DNA of 64,000 bases from an uncultured beta proteobacterium. Lineage in GTDB: Bacteria; Pseudomonadota; Gammaproteobacteria; Burkholderiales; Gallionellaceae. Position 1 is the first letter of the stretch, and every line of letters starts with the position of its first letter. Positions 18,511 to 28,870 of this stretch are shown here, one piece after another. Location of the stretch: assembly GCA_963714805.1 (NCBI GenBank), contig CAVQPO010000001.1:21576-85575 (forward strand), in the 5' to 3' direction. The notes under the pieces are model-generated. The model did not search any database, was not told the DNA's origin, and saw only the letters and a list, made by a program, of their open reading frames with translations. The position numbers and the translations under genes are program-made.

Positions 18511-19336
18511 GACTATCCTCCAACCGTAGCTGTGCTTTAGCCGCTTCGCCCATCAGCACGGACAGCGCTGGAATGTCGCTGTCCCATTCGATCAGCGTAG
18601 GACGCGGCCCGATGTGTTGCAAGGCAAACTCATACAATTCCCACACCTCGGGATAGACCGGATGGTCATGGGTATCTACCAGGCAGCCGTCCCTTACGCT
18701 GTATCCGGCCAAGTGATATTCCTTCACGGCTTCAGCAGGAATGGTATCGATGAAAGCTTCGGCATCCACGCCGAGGTTGCGCATATTTACATACAGATTT
18801 TCAACATCGAACAAAATGCCGCAGCCAGTGCGCCTGGTCAGCTCTGCCAGAAACTCACCCTCGCTCATTTCGCTGTGCGAGAAAGATAAATAGCTGGAGA
18901 GGTTTTCCACCAGCAACTGGCGGCCAAGTTTTTCCTGAACCTGCTCCACGCGACTTGCCACATGTGATAACGCCCCATGCGTATACGGAAACGGCAACAA
19001 ATCGTTGATAACCATTCCTGCCGCAGTATTCCAGCATAGATGCTCCGACACGACGGCAGGCTGCACCGCATCGCACAGGCGACACAAAGCTGATAAATGC
19101 GTCTGATCAAGAGGGGCGGACGAAGCCAGCCCCATACCCACACCATGCAAGCTGACTGGATAATGTTCGCGCACCTTGAGCAATGTGCGCAGGGGCGCGC
19201 CGCCCCCGAAAAAATTCTCGCTATGCAATTCCACCCAGCCGAGCTCGGGCAGTGTTTCCAAAACTTCGCAGTAATGAGGTGCCCGCAACCCAATACCTGA
19301 TGTGCATGGCAAGGTATGTTTTGCGGGCGTATTCAT
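18503..19336 (-). CDS. DUF692 / MNIO-family (MbnB-like) enzyme
   Basis: GIGLRAPHY...VELHSENF...SLHGVGM...SEHLCW... are TIM-barrel MNIO motifs. ATG at 19336 overlaps the precursor stop (TAATG). Confidence 0.85.
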   Translation of the reverse strand: MNTPAKHTLPCTSGIGLRAPHYCEVLETLPELGWVELHSENFFGGGAPLRTLLKVREHYPVSLHGVGMGLASSAPLDQTHLSALCRLCDAVQPAVVSEHLCWNTAAGMVINDLLPFPYTHGALSHVASRVEQVQEKLGRQLLVENLSSYLSFSHSEMSEGEFLAELTRRTGCGILFDVENLYVNMRNLGVDAEAFIDTIPAEAVKEYHLAGYSVRDGCLVDTHDHPVYPEVWELYEFALQHIGPRPTLIEWDSDIPALSVLMGEAAKAQLRLEDSHA

Positions 19337-19602
19337 TACATGGCTTTCAGGGTGCCGCCGGCGATCTTCTCGCAAGTGCCTTTAGGCACGGCGACAAAAT
19401 CCATGGGGTCATTGTTTTTGGTGGCCTGCCCAGCGCAGGAATGCGCGCTCTTGTTGCTTGAGCAGTCATTCTGGCCCGCCTTGGCGATACCAAAGCATTG
19501 CTCCATTTCCATTTTCTTGTTGGCAGCACTTGCGTTGCCGCTGGACAGACCCAGCACCAGTAAACTACCAATTGCGGCGGAGAGCATATGACGGTTGTTC
19601 AT
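19336..19602 (-). CDS. DUF2282-type Cys-rich secreted peptide (bufferin-like RiPP precursor, copy 1)
   Basis: Signal peptide ...SGNASAA, then [25 protein letters not shown]...[10 protein letters not shown]. Cys spacing is identical to copy 2. ATG at 19602 follows AAAAGGGG. Confidence 0.8.
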   Translation of the reverse strand: MNNRHMLSAAIGSLLVLGLSSGNASAANKKMEMEQCFGIAKAGQNDCSSNKSAHSCAGQATKNNDPMDFVAVPKGTCEKIAGGTLKAM

Positions 19603-19680
19603 AGTAAAACCCCTTTTCGTAGGTTGATTTAGTTTAAGAGCTAGCCCCAACCATAGGTCAGAGAAAGTCGGCTCCCTTTA

Positions 19681-19821
19681 GGGAACCTCTAAAAATCCAA
19701 TTTTCGTCGCGATACTGCGTTGCTCACAAAAAGTTACTCCTTACATATCAAACATATGCTGCGTCGTAATTTTTTGTTCGCGCCTTGTCTAGCTTAGAAA
19801 ATTGAATTTTTAGAGGCTCCC
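19681..19821. mobile_element. MITE-like element, copy 2
   Basis: GGGAACCTCTAAAAATCCAATTTTC ... GAAAATTGAATTTTTAGAGGCTCCC. Flanked by a direct TTTA/TTTA. The interior aligns with copy 1 along its whole length. Confidence 0.6.
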
Positions 19822-20017
19822 TTTACTTCGAAATGCGCGGACTCAAGTTCATCTGCCTTTCATCCACACACCTGCATATTCAGGATTAATTGAAAAAAAG
19901 TTACATGATAATTTTAAAAATTTTGGATTGCCGCTACTTTGCTGTTGTCCAACATTCCCCAAAAAATCTTATTGCAAAGATGCCCTAAGCCTTGCACATG
20001 TATGAAAATTAGATAAA

Positions 20018-20401
20018 TCATGCAAAAACGTTCAAAAGGCTTCCAATAGTTCCGCTCGACAGAGTCAAGACATTGGATGACATATTGTCAACTTTACCGC
20101 TTACGCTTAGGGCTGATATTGTCGAATCTTTATTTTTATAGGAAGGTGTATTTGCATTAGTTAAGGTCGCACTAATACTAGGTTTCGCGGCATAAGTAGT
20201 TTTTATTCGCTGCTCTAGCTCGCTAATTTTATTCGATAACTCTGATATTTTGGCTTTCCCTTCAGGGGTTGTGTGCGATGGACAACTGACCCAGTCGGCA
20301 AGTTGTATTTTGCATTTATCAAGCTGAGTTTCGAGATTGGCTGTTGATAGGCCAGCTCCCATGGGGTTGGGGTATGTGGATATTCCGATGGCGCTCGACA
20401 T
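20018..20401 (-). CDS. Hypothetical Ser/Thr-rich protein in an AT-rich patch
   Basis: 127-aa ORF with a short coiled-coil-like segment (KISELSNKISELEQRI). No confident family. Confidence 0.3.
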   Translation of the reverse strand: MSSAIGISTYPNPMGAGLSTANLETQLDKCKIQLADWVSCPSHTTPEGKAKISELSNKISELEQRIKTTYAAKPSISATLTNANTPSYKNKDSTISALSVSGKVDNMSSNVLTLSSGTIGSLLNVFA

Positions 20402-20743
20402 GCGGTTCTCGCGAAAGGCTTATTGATATAGCGCGGGAAATTGCAAAAGTAAGTGCTCCAGCTTGGGCATCTGGAGCAGTTGATTGTATGAAACTTGCGC
20501 CGGATTGTATCGGATGCGCACCGATACTGCCATTTGATCGGGCGATGCGGCGCTGGTATTTGACGGCGCGCCCCTACCAAGCATGAAACACAAGCTGCCG
20601 TTGAATAAATACCTAATGATGAGTTTTATAGTTAGCATGAAGACACTCCTTGAAGTCTGCATAACCAGTTATCATTCGTTCTGTCTGACTATTTATTCGA
20701 ACAAAGCCGAAAAATGGTTACATAAAATATTCACGGAACTTGT

Positions 20744-21283
20744 GTGACAGATACAACTGACAGTCTTGAAGTGCTGATGAAGCAGGCTCTGAATGGTGAC
20801 CAGCGCGCCTACGCTGGCCTGTTGCGGGAAACATCGCGCTTTCTTCGCCCATTCCTGGCGAAACGCCTCAGCTTCACTAACGAAGTGGAAGACCTGTTGC
20901 AAGAAATCTTGATTTCCATTCATAAAGCCCGCCACACCTACGATGGCAACCGGCCCTATAAACCTTGGGTCTACGCCATTGCCAAATTCCGTTTGCAGGA
21001 TTATTTGCGTGCGCATTATTCCGATCAGTTGCACCATGCCATCGAATTGTCCGAGGTGGAAGAAAATTTGTCTGAATATGTAACCGAAACCGCCATCAGT
21101 TACGAATCAATTAGTGGGGAAGTCCAAAAACTTCCCGAGAAACAGGCGACCATCCTGCAACTGATGCACCGGGATGGCTACACCGCCAAAGAGGTGGCGG
21201 AAAAGATGGGCATGAATGAGTCTGCCGTGAAAGTCGCGGCGCATCGCGCCTACAAGGTATTGAGAAACAAACTGGAAAGATGA
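20744..21283 (+). CDS. ECF (group IV) sigma factor, SigF-like
   Basis: Region 2 (DLLQEILISIHKARHTYD) and region 4 (LPEKQATILQLMHRDGYTAKEVAEKMGMNESAVKVAAHRA). GTG start. Confidence 0.85.
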   Translation: MTDTTDSLEVLMKQALNGDQRAYAGLLRETSRFLRPFLAKRLSFTNEVEDLLQEILISIHKARHTYDGNRPYKPWVYAIAKFRLQDYLRAHYSDQLHHAIELSEVEENLSEYVTETAISYESISGEVQKLPEKQATILQLMHRDGYTAKEVAEKMGMNESAVKVAAHRAYKVLRNKLER

Positions 21284-21918
21284 TGGAAGATATCGAAGTG
21301 CTGATAGCCAGGCTGGCAAAAGATACTGCGGCAGTAAAACCTGCCCCGCATCCTTACATGCTAAGCCTCAAATGGATGGGATGGGCTGCAGCCTACCTCA
21401 TTCTGTCGCTTATGCTTTCCGGCATTCGCCCAGACCTGATGTCAAAACTGCATGAGCCATTGTTTGTTGCTGAAATAGCTGCACTTGTTGGCATCTTCTT
21501 CGCCACGACTCTAAGCTCGGCATTGCTGTCGTTTCCCGATATGCATCAGATGCCCAAACTGGCATTGGCACCGACAATTGCATTTGCGCTATTTGTGCTT
21601 GTATTGTTTCTTGCATGGCAGGCCGATAAACCGCAATCTCCGCTACCTGTCCACAGCTTCGAATGCACTGTCAGCATTACTTTGTTTTCACTGTTGCCAG
21701 CAGGTTGGACATTTTACGCAATGAGGAAATTTGCCAGCACGCATTATCACTGGGCAGGTGGCATCGCCATTCTTTCCGCCTTTAGCGTCGGGGCATTGTG
21801 GCTGAGGCTGCATGAGATAAATGACTCAATCGTGCATGTTATCGAGTGGCATTATCTACCCATGATAGTTTTCGGCATGGCTGGCTTGTGGATTGGGAAA
21901 AAATTATTAAAGTGGTAA
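21280..21918 (+). CDS. NrsF-type (DUF1109) membrane anti-sigma factor
   Basis: 4-nt overlap with the sigma gene. N-terminus is IEVLIARLAKDTAAVKP followed by 6 TM segments. Confidence 0.75.
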   Translation: MMEDIEVLIARLAKDTAAVKPAPHPYMLSLKWMGWAAAYLILSLMLSGIRPDLMSKLHEPLFVAEIAALVGIFFATTLSSALLSFPDMHQMPKLALAPTIAFALFVLVLFLAWQADKPQSPLPVHSFECTVSITLFSLLPAGWTFYAMRKFASTHYHWAGGIAILSAFSVGALWLRLHEINDSIVHVIEWHYLPMIVFGMAGLWIGKKLLKW

Positions 21919-21993
21919 TTTGGGATAAACGTTTCACAAATTTACAATAATCAGTAGCGAAATAAACATCACCCATTCCACTTAATTATTCAT

Positions 21994-24123
21994 TCAGCTA
22001 ATCTTGATCTTGGTGATAGCCTGCTGGATACGATCAGGAGTCATCGGCAAACGTAACATGCGCGCCCCGGTGGCATCAAAAATCGCATTGGCTATCACCG
22101 CGCCAGTTGTCGTGATCGGCGGCTCTCCCCCACCCTGCGGTGCCAGATCGTCATTCTTGACCAGCACCACGTCGATTCGGGGAACCCATGAAAAGCGCGG
22201 AATTTCGTAAGTGTCGAAATTCCGATCAAGAATCTCTCCGCCCAGAAAACGCAACTCCTCTGCCAAGGTGTATCCCAGCCCCATGGTAATGCCGCCTTCA
22301 ATTTGCATTTTTGCACCTTCCGGATTCACGACGATGCCCATGTCCTGTGCGCAAACCACCCGAATTACTTCCACGCTGCCATTTGCCTGATCCACCTTAA
22401 CCTCGGCCATGGTCGCGACGTAGGTTCCGGCGTCGATGCTGCACGCCATCCCGAAGCCTCTTTTGCTCGGCGAAACAGCCGCCTTCCAACCGAAGGCATC
22501 GGCAGCGGCTTGCAAGACTCTGCGCATCCTGGCATCCGTCAGATTGCGGAGCCGGAACGCGAGCGGATCCATTCCTGCCGCTGATGCCATCATGTCAATT
22601 TGCGACTCGATGGCAAATATGTTCATGTTTGCGCCCGGTGCCCGCCACGGCCCCACGGCAAACGGATGAATACTTGCCTTTGCGGTGGGAGTGCCGTACG
22701 AAGTTTCTCCGGCGGTTCCAATCCGCACATTCGGGATATCGTAGCAAGGGGTTGCCCCGCGTTCTCCGGCTGCGTAGATGGAGCTATCCCATAGTGAGAC
22801 TCTGCCATCAGCTTCAATTCCCGAGACGATTTTTACCACCGAGGCGGGATCAAATGTGTCGTTGAAGAACTCTTCTTCGCGGCTCCAGGCCACTTGCACG
22901 GGTTTGCCCGTGAGTTGTGCCAGCCGTGCCGCTTCGACGGCTTGGCCGTCGGCGCTCTTACCGCCGAACCCGCCGCCGAGAAAAGGGGTTATCACGCGTA
23001 CATTTTTTTGATCCAGATCGAGAACCTTGGCGATGCGGTCACGCGTCGGAAATGGGGTCTGCGTCGATGCCCACACCGTTGCCATCCCGTTGTTGATTTC
23101 AACCAGCGCCGCGTGTGGCTCCATGGCCGCATGAGCGACATATCCTTTTTGGTAGGTCGTCTCGAACAAGCGTGCGACACTGGCATGCGCCGCTTTAAGA
23201 TCACCCCGCTCTGCCAAGTTTTTCAACGGGGGAGCCTGTAACAAGAGGTGATCAAAGATACTTTCAGAGTTCACCTTCGCTTCCGGCAAATGCCAGTCCG
23301 CTTTGATGCGCATGAATGCGACAGCGGCAGCTTCGGGATCGGCGTGCAGCACGGCAACCAAGTCACCATGCTTAACCAAGGTGATCCCCGGCATTTTCTC
23401 GGCATCAGAGGTATCCAGTTGCGCCAAGGTTGCGCCATGCATCGGCGGACGCAGTATTCGCGCATACAACATGCCGGGAATTCTGATGTCGGCAGCGTAT
23501 TTCGCAGCCCCCGTAACTTTCTCAAGTGCGTCGAGCCGTTTCGGCGAAGCGCCCATCACACTAAATTCAGAGGCCGCCCGTAACACGGCTTTCTTGTCTA
23601 CCAGTTGTGCGATTCGCGCCCCCTTGGAAAGTTCGCCGTAACTGACTTTCCGGTCAGGTTCGCCTTTCACATACACAACACCGTCCTTGACCAGAAGTTT
23701 GTCATGCGGCACGCCCAGCTTCCCCGCAGCCAGCGTCATCATGGTTGCACGAGCCTGTGCGGCGGCAGCGCGCAATGCCGGCCCGAACATGCGGGTGGTC
23801 AGTGAGCCGAACGTCCCCCTGTCCCACGGGCATTTGTCGGTATCGCCCAGCACCATGTCGATAGAAACCAGCGCAACGCCCAACTCTTCGGCCACCATTT
23901 GTGCCTGTGAGGTCAACACGCCCTGCCCCATCTCGATCTTCCCGGAAAAAACCGTGACGCGCCCGTTCTCGCCGATCAACAGATAGGCGTTGAAATCCTC
24001 CGGGTAAAGAAGTTTCGTTGCTTGCGAGAAAACCTGCAAAGGGCCAAGACCGACGAAGACGACAATACCGCCCCCCACCAGCTTGAAAAAACTGCGACGA
24101 CTCATGCCAGCAGAAGTGTTCAT
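21994..24123 (-). CDS. Molybdopterin-binding subunit of a two-subunit aldehyde/isoquinoline-type oxidoreductase (IorB-like), Tat-exported or anchored
   Basis: 709 aa with a twin-arginine motif SRRSFFK. EMGQGVLTS and GGGFGGK motifs. Confidence 0.85.
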   Translation of the reverse strand: MNTSAGMSRRSFFKLVGGGIVVFVGLGPLQVFSQATKLLYPEDFNAYLLIGENGRVTVFSGKIEMGQGVLTSQAQMVAEELGVALVSIDMVLGDTDKCPWDRGTFGSLTTRMFGPALRAAAAQARATMMTLAAGKLGVPHDKLLVKDGVVYVKGEPDRKVSYGELSKGARIAQLVDKKAVLRAASEFSVMGASPKRLDALEKVTGAAKYAADIRIPGMLYARILRPPMHGATLAQLDTSDAEKMPGITLVKHGDLVAVLHADPEAAAVAFMRIKADWHLPEAKVNSESIFDHLLLQAPPLKNLAERGDLKAAHASVARLFETTYQKGYVAHAAMEPHAALVEINNGMATVWASTQTPFPTRDRIAKVLDLDQKNVRVITPFLGGGFGGKSADGQAVEAARLAQLTGKPVQVAWSREEEFFNDTFDPASVVKIVSGIEADGRVSLWDSSIYAAGERGATPCYDIPNVRIGTAGETSYGTPTAKASIHPFAVGPWRAPGANMNIFAIESQIDMMASAAGMDPLAFRLRNLTDARMRRVLQAAADAFGWKAAVSPSKRGFGMACSIDAGTYVATMAEVKVDQANGSVEVIRVVCAQDMGIVVNPEGAKMQIEGGITMGLGYTLAEELRFLGGEILDRNFDTYEIPRFSWVPRIDVVLVKNDDLAPQGGGEPPITTTGAVIANAIFDATGARMLRLPMTPDRIQQAITKIKIS

Positions 24124-24596
24124 GATTTTTCTCCCATATGGAGGGAAGCGGCCTCAATCGCCGCAACAATTCTTTGGTGCGCCCCGCAACGGCAAAGGTT
24201 ACGTTCCATATGAGTAACAATTGTTTCACGCGACGGCTTGGGATTTTTGCGGAGAAGTGCATAAGCATCCAGAATCATGCCCGAGGTACAGTAGCCGCAC
24301 TGTAACGCGCCGTGATCGATAAATGCCTGTTGCAACGGATGCAATTTGCCATCGCGGGCAAGGCCTTCTATCGTGACGACTTCCTTGCCCTCTATATTCT
24401 TGAGCAACGTTTTGCAAGAGCGCACAGCCTTGTCGCCGACAAGTACAGTACATGCGCCACATATTCCCTCACCGCACCCGTACTTGGTGCCGGTAAGATC
24501 GAGATCGGTGCGCAACACCCAGAGGAGTGTGCGATCATCATCGGTGGTCAGGGTGATGGGCTGGTCATTCAGAGTAAAGCGGATGGAGCGTTTCAT
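24120..24596 (-). CDS. (2Fe-2S)-binding small subunit (IorA-like)
   Basis: GCGEGICGACTV and LQCGYCTSG...CRCG motifs. ATGA overlap with the large subunit. Confidence 0.85.
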   Translation of the reverse strand: MKRSIRFTLNDQPITLTTDDDRTLLWVLRTDLDLTGTKYGCGEGICGACTVLVGDKAVRSCKTLLKNIEGKEVVTIEGLARDGKLHPLQQAFIDHGALQCGYCTSGMILDAYALLRKNPKPSRETIVTHMERNLCRCGAHQRIVAAIEAASLHMGEKS

Positions 24597-24935
24597 ATTG
24601 CCTCCATGCAAAAGTCGAGATCAATTGCCAAGGTCAAATCAACGGTGCGGAGCTGCGAAAATCATCGGCCTCACAAGAGCCCAACCTCAACGAGTCTCTC
24701 GTTGAAACCGGGAAGCCGAGCACGTTCGAATTGTAGCACTCCTCGGGTTGTGTGCAGTGATTTACGGATGCGCACAAAGTTGCAATGCGCAACCATGCGT
24801 TATCATACTCATAGAGCCATTCCATCACACGGATAGATATTCCTTGACCCGAATTGCGGAACCCACGCCCAATCCTCTGGCGAGAACAGGTAGCGGATAA
24901 CCTAATACCAATTCTCCTTCAATAGTGATGTATTT

Positions 24936-24992
24936 GTGGAAGTGGCCTCCCGGCCGCGACAATATTTATCGTGGCCGGGAGGCCACTCCCAC
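24936..24992. repeat. 57-bp GC-rich palindromic (REP-like) element, family B, intergenic copy
   Basis: GTGGAAGTGGCCTCCCGGCCGCGA-loop-TCGTGGCCGGGAGGCCACTCCCAC. Related to 31511-31567. Confidence 0.7.
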
Positions 24993-25030
24993 GAAACATT
25001 ATTCCCGTATTGAATTGGAAATGGAATAAG

Positions 25031-25540
25031 CTAATCGGAGTTATTGTGCTGAGGTTGAAACTTGACGGCAGCAATCCGTGCCGTTACCAGAACAGCCAGC
25101 AGGACTGAAAGCGCCAGAATTTCATTCCAGCTTATGCTGTGGTCATAAAGACCGATAAATATCTCCCGCAATATAAAGGCAATGCCAACTTCAGCCAGCA
25201 CTCTTAGGCGGACGCGGCGGTATTCTAAATAGTCCGTGAATGTGCGAAACAACTCAATGAGCACAAAGACCGAGAGAACATCAATAACCAACTCCCGGTC
25301 GATACCGTCAACCAATCCATGGGCAAGGTTATGAGTCGACACTGCATCGCGAAAGGCAGTCGCAGCCGAAAAGAAATCCAGCACCAATCCCGCCAATGCC
25401 CCCAGCAGAGTGAGCAGCATGACAAAGATCAGAGCCGTGACAATAGCATCCAATATCTTGCCATAGATACGAAGCGCTTGAATCTTCGCACCCGACTTTT
25501 CAATTTCGGGAATTTCCTCTTGCATCTGTTGTTCTGTCAT
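25031..25540 (-). CDS. PsiE-like (phosphate-starvation-inducible E family) membrane protein
   Basis: 4 TM. FVLIELFRTFTDYLEYRRVRLRVLAEVGIAFILREI resembles the PsiE core. Confidence 0.55.
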   Translation of the reverse strand: MTEQQMQEEIPEIEKSGAKIQALRIYGKILDAIVTALIFVMLLTLLGALAGLVLDFFSAATAFRDAVSTHNLAHGLVDGIDRELVIDVLSVFVLIELFRTFTDYLEYRRVRLRVLAEVGIAFILREIFIGLYDHSISWNEILALSVLLAVLVTARIAAVKFQPQHNNSD

Positions 25541-25614
25541 TTATCAGCCTATCGCTTATGTTATCCGAACCACTTGTCCGTTTACAAACTCAACAAGTCG
25601 CAGTTACCCGTTTA

Positions 25615-26226
25615 TTACAGATTTTGCAGATCACCCATGTTGTCGATGTCAGCAAAAACTCCATTATTGTCGATCTTTATTGGCACAAACTTTGATCTAT
25701 CATACTCCAGCAAGCGTCGCGCTCCAGCATCCCCATGGAGGGCAAGCAATTCTTCGCGGTAATGCGCAGCAAATCCGACCGGATGTCCGCGTTTACCAGC
25801 ACAGAAAGGGGCCGCCAGGTCTGCCCCGTCCAACAATGCATTTCGCACGCCGACAATAGCTGCCGATGGTACAACAGGCATATCGGCCAGCCCGATCAGC
25901 CAACCCGCTGCGTCAAGGTTTGCACGCACGCCACAGGCAAGGCTGGTGGCCATGCCCTGCGCAGCATCCTCACAAACAACCCAGCGTATCGCCGATGCCT
26001 GGGTCGTCCCCAGCGCAGTTTCGATCGCACTGCAAAATACTTCTGCCTGTGGCCTGACTACTACAGTGATGCGCTCGAACACCTCCAGCCAAGGCAGGAC
26101 ACTGTGTGCGGCGAGTGGCAGAGTCACTCCATGCAGCGTAACCGGATGCAGCAATTTATCCGAACCGAAGCGGCGCGAGGCTCCTGCTGCCAGCACGATA
26201 GCAGCGATTTCACTTTTATCAGGCAA
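25615..26226 (-). CDS. MobA/MocA-like molybdenum-cofactor nucleotidyltransferase
   Basis: [20 protein letters not shown]-terminal motif. Lies directly after the Mo-enzyme genes. Confidence 0.7.
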   Translation of the reverse strand: MPDKSEIAAIVLAAGASRRFGSDKLLHPVTLHGVTLPLAAHSVLPWLEVFERITVVVRPQAEVFCSAIETALGTTQASAIRWVVCEDAAQGMATSLACGVRANLDAAGWLIGLADMPVVPSAAIVGVRNALLDGADLAAPFCAGKRGHPVGFAAHYREELLALHGDAGARRLLEYDRSKFVPIKIDNNGVFADIDNMGDLQNL

Positions 26227-28404
26227 GGGTTTCCTGATCGAACGGCATGCGGCGCAAGCGCTTGCCGGTCAGCGTGAATACTGCGTTGGCAACCGCCGGA
26301 GCGATCGGCGGTGTGCCCGGTTCGCCAATGCCGGTGGGATGACTCACTGCTTTCAACAATATGAACCTCGACCTGCGGCATTTCGGAAAAGAGCAGCGGA
26401 ACATAATCGTGGAAATTGGATTGCAGCACACGGCCATTTTCCAGCGTGATCGCACCATGCAGGGCGGCGGAGAGCCCGTAAACTATCGCGCCTTCGATCT
26501 GTTGACGCACGCCTTCAGGATTGATGACCATGCCGCAATCTACTGCTGCCACCACGCGATGCACGCGAATCTTGCCATTTTCCAGCGACACCTCGGCGAT
26601 TTCTGCCACATAGCTATCAAACGACTGGTGCACCGCCACACCGTAAGCATGATTGCCAGGCAATTTCTTTTTGCCCCAACCGGCTTTTTTCGCGGCCAGT
26701 TGCAACACGCCCCGGTAACGGGAGGTCGGCAGGCAGGATATCGAGCCGGTAAGCTACCGGGTCCTCGCCGGCAAGATGCGCCAGTTCGTCGATCATGGTT
26801 TCGACCACGAACGCCGTATGCGAGTGCCCCACCGAACGCCACCACTGCACAGGCACAGCATTCTTCGGGCTGTGCAGTTCAACCTGCAGATTGGGAATCA
26901 TGTAGGGCAAAGTCGATGCGCCCTCCACCGAGGTGGCATCAATGCCGTTCTTGGTCAGGAAAGCTTCAAATGGCGTATCGGCAACGATGGACTGGCCGAC
27001 GATGGTGTGTTTCCAAACCAGCGGCTTTCCGTCTTTTGCTATCCCCGCCTCGATGTGGTCGGCCCACATCGGTCGGTAGTAGCCGCCGCGCATGTCGTCC
27101 TCGCGCGTCCACACTATCTTGACCGGTTTGCCGATCGCTTTGGCCACCTGCACCGCCTCGATGACGAAGTCAGATCGCGGATTGGCGCGCCGACCGAAAC
27201 CGCCGCCGAGATAGGTGGTATGAATTTCCACTTGTTCCGGTTTGAGCCCGGCGGTCTTTGCTGCCGAGGCACGATCCATGGTCTGCGCCTGGGTGCCTGT
27301 CCAGATGGTGCAATGGTCGGGTTTAAGATCCACCACCACGTTGAGTGGCTCCATCGCGGCGTGTGCCAGATAAGGCACCTCATATTCGGCACTGATGGAC
27401 TGGTATGCTTCTTTGAAGCCCTGCACGGTGTCGCCATCCTTGCGCGCCACTGCGCCCGGTTTTTTCGCCAGATCGAGATATTCCGCGCGCATTTTCGGGG
27501 TGGAAAGTGCCGCGCCCGGCCCTTCATCCCATTCGATTTCCAGCAGGTCGCGCGCCGTCTTGGCGGGCCAGAAACCGGTTGCGGCCACCGCTATTCCGGT
27601 AGGCACCTGATAGATGCCTTGCACGCCCGGCAGCTTGCGCGCCTCGGTATCGTCGAAGCGTTTCACCTTGCCTCCGAATACCGGGCTGCGGGCAATCAAC
27701 ACCGTCAGCATGCCGGGCAGATAAACGTCGAGGCCGAATTGGGCGCTGCCGTTGATCTTTGCCGGCGTATCGAGGCGTTTAATTGATTTGCCGATTAGCT
27801 TGAAATTTTTCGGCGACTTGAGTTCGACATTTTCCGGCAGCGGCAAAATGGCTGCGGCATCGGCCAATGTGCCGTAACTCGATTTCCTGCCGCTCTTGCG
27901 CATGCATCACCTGGCTGTTCTCGGCATGGCATTCGCTTTCCGGTACACCCCATTGTTGCGCCGCAGCGCGGATCAGCAATATTCTGGCACTGGCCCCAAC
28001 ACGCCGTAGTTGCTCCCACGACGACGGAATACTCGGAACTGCCCCCGGTGAGTTGCATGCCGAAACCGGTATGGTTATATACCGCTGCCACCGGCGCAGA
28101 TTCGACGCTGATGCGGCTCCAGTCGGCTTCCAACTCTTCTGCTATCAGCATCGGCAGCGAGGTATAGACCCCCTGCCCCATCTCGGATTTATTGACGACT
28201 ATCGTGATGCTGTCGTCTGCTGCGATGCGGATGAATGCGTTGGGCGGGTATATCTGCTTGGCTGGCTTGGCATGTTCTTCGGCGGCAAAAGCCCGACCGC
28301 CTTTCAGCGGCAGGTAAAAGCCGATCACCAGTCCGCCCATCAATCAGGGCAGAGTCTTTGAGGAATTTGCGGCGGGAAGGATTTTGTATGGTCATGGTTT
28401 TCAT
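26219..28404 (-). pseudogene. IorB-like molybdopterin subunit, interrupted by at least five frameshifts
   Basis: Homologous segments are spread over ORFs 28189-28842 (tail: [16 protein letters not shown]), 27795-28343, 27779-27979, 26617-27903, 26124-26708 and 26219-26458. Each junction is repaired by removing one base. Confidence 0.8.
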
Positions 28405-28870
28405 TTTGCACCTCCCAACTGCTCCGATGCCTTCAGGATCGCCGCGCGGATACTGTTGTAGGTACCGCAACGGCACAGGTTGCCATCCATCGCGGCCGAT
28501 ATCTGCGATTCGCTGGGGTGCGGATTTTCCTTGAGCAGCGCGGTAGCCGACATGATTTGACCGGATTGGCAGTATCCGCACTGCGGTACGTCCACTTCCT
28601 GCCAGGCAGCCTGTACCGTTTTTCCCAGCGTCGGTTTCTGCCAGTCCTTCGATGGTGGTGACTTGCTTTCCGCTTGCCATGGAAACCGGCGTCATGCAGG
28701 AACGGATAGCCCGTCCATCCAGATGCACGGTGCAGGCCCCGCACTGCGCCATGCCACAACCAAATTTCGTTCCGGTAAGTTGCAGGTGGTCACGAATCAC
28801 CCATAACAAGGGGGTATTAGGGTCGACATCGACCTTGGTCATTTTGCCGTTAATCTTTGAAAGATATCAT
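28401..28870 (-). pseudogene. IorA-like (2Fe-2S) small subunit, two frameshifts
   Basis: MISFK|[11 protein letters not shown]...[12 protein letters not shown]...DAGK|[20 protein letters not shown]...CRCG. The second shift lies in an A-run (gggaaaaacgg). Confidence 0.75.

Noticed and set aside
19603-19680. ECF (SigF-type) promoter upstream of the first precursor gene
   Set aside because: I searched by eye for GGAAC/GTAACC-type -35 and CGAA/CGTC-type -10 pairs at proper spacing and found none convincing, so I did not annotate a promoter.
26361-27786. Plus-strand ORFs of 253 and 336 aa opposite the iorB-like pseudogene
   Set aside because: They are antisense shadows of a recognisable Mo-subunit gene, with no motifs and Arg/His-rich junk composition.
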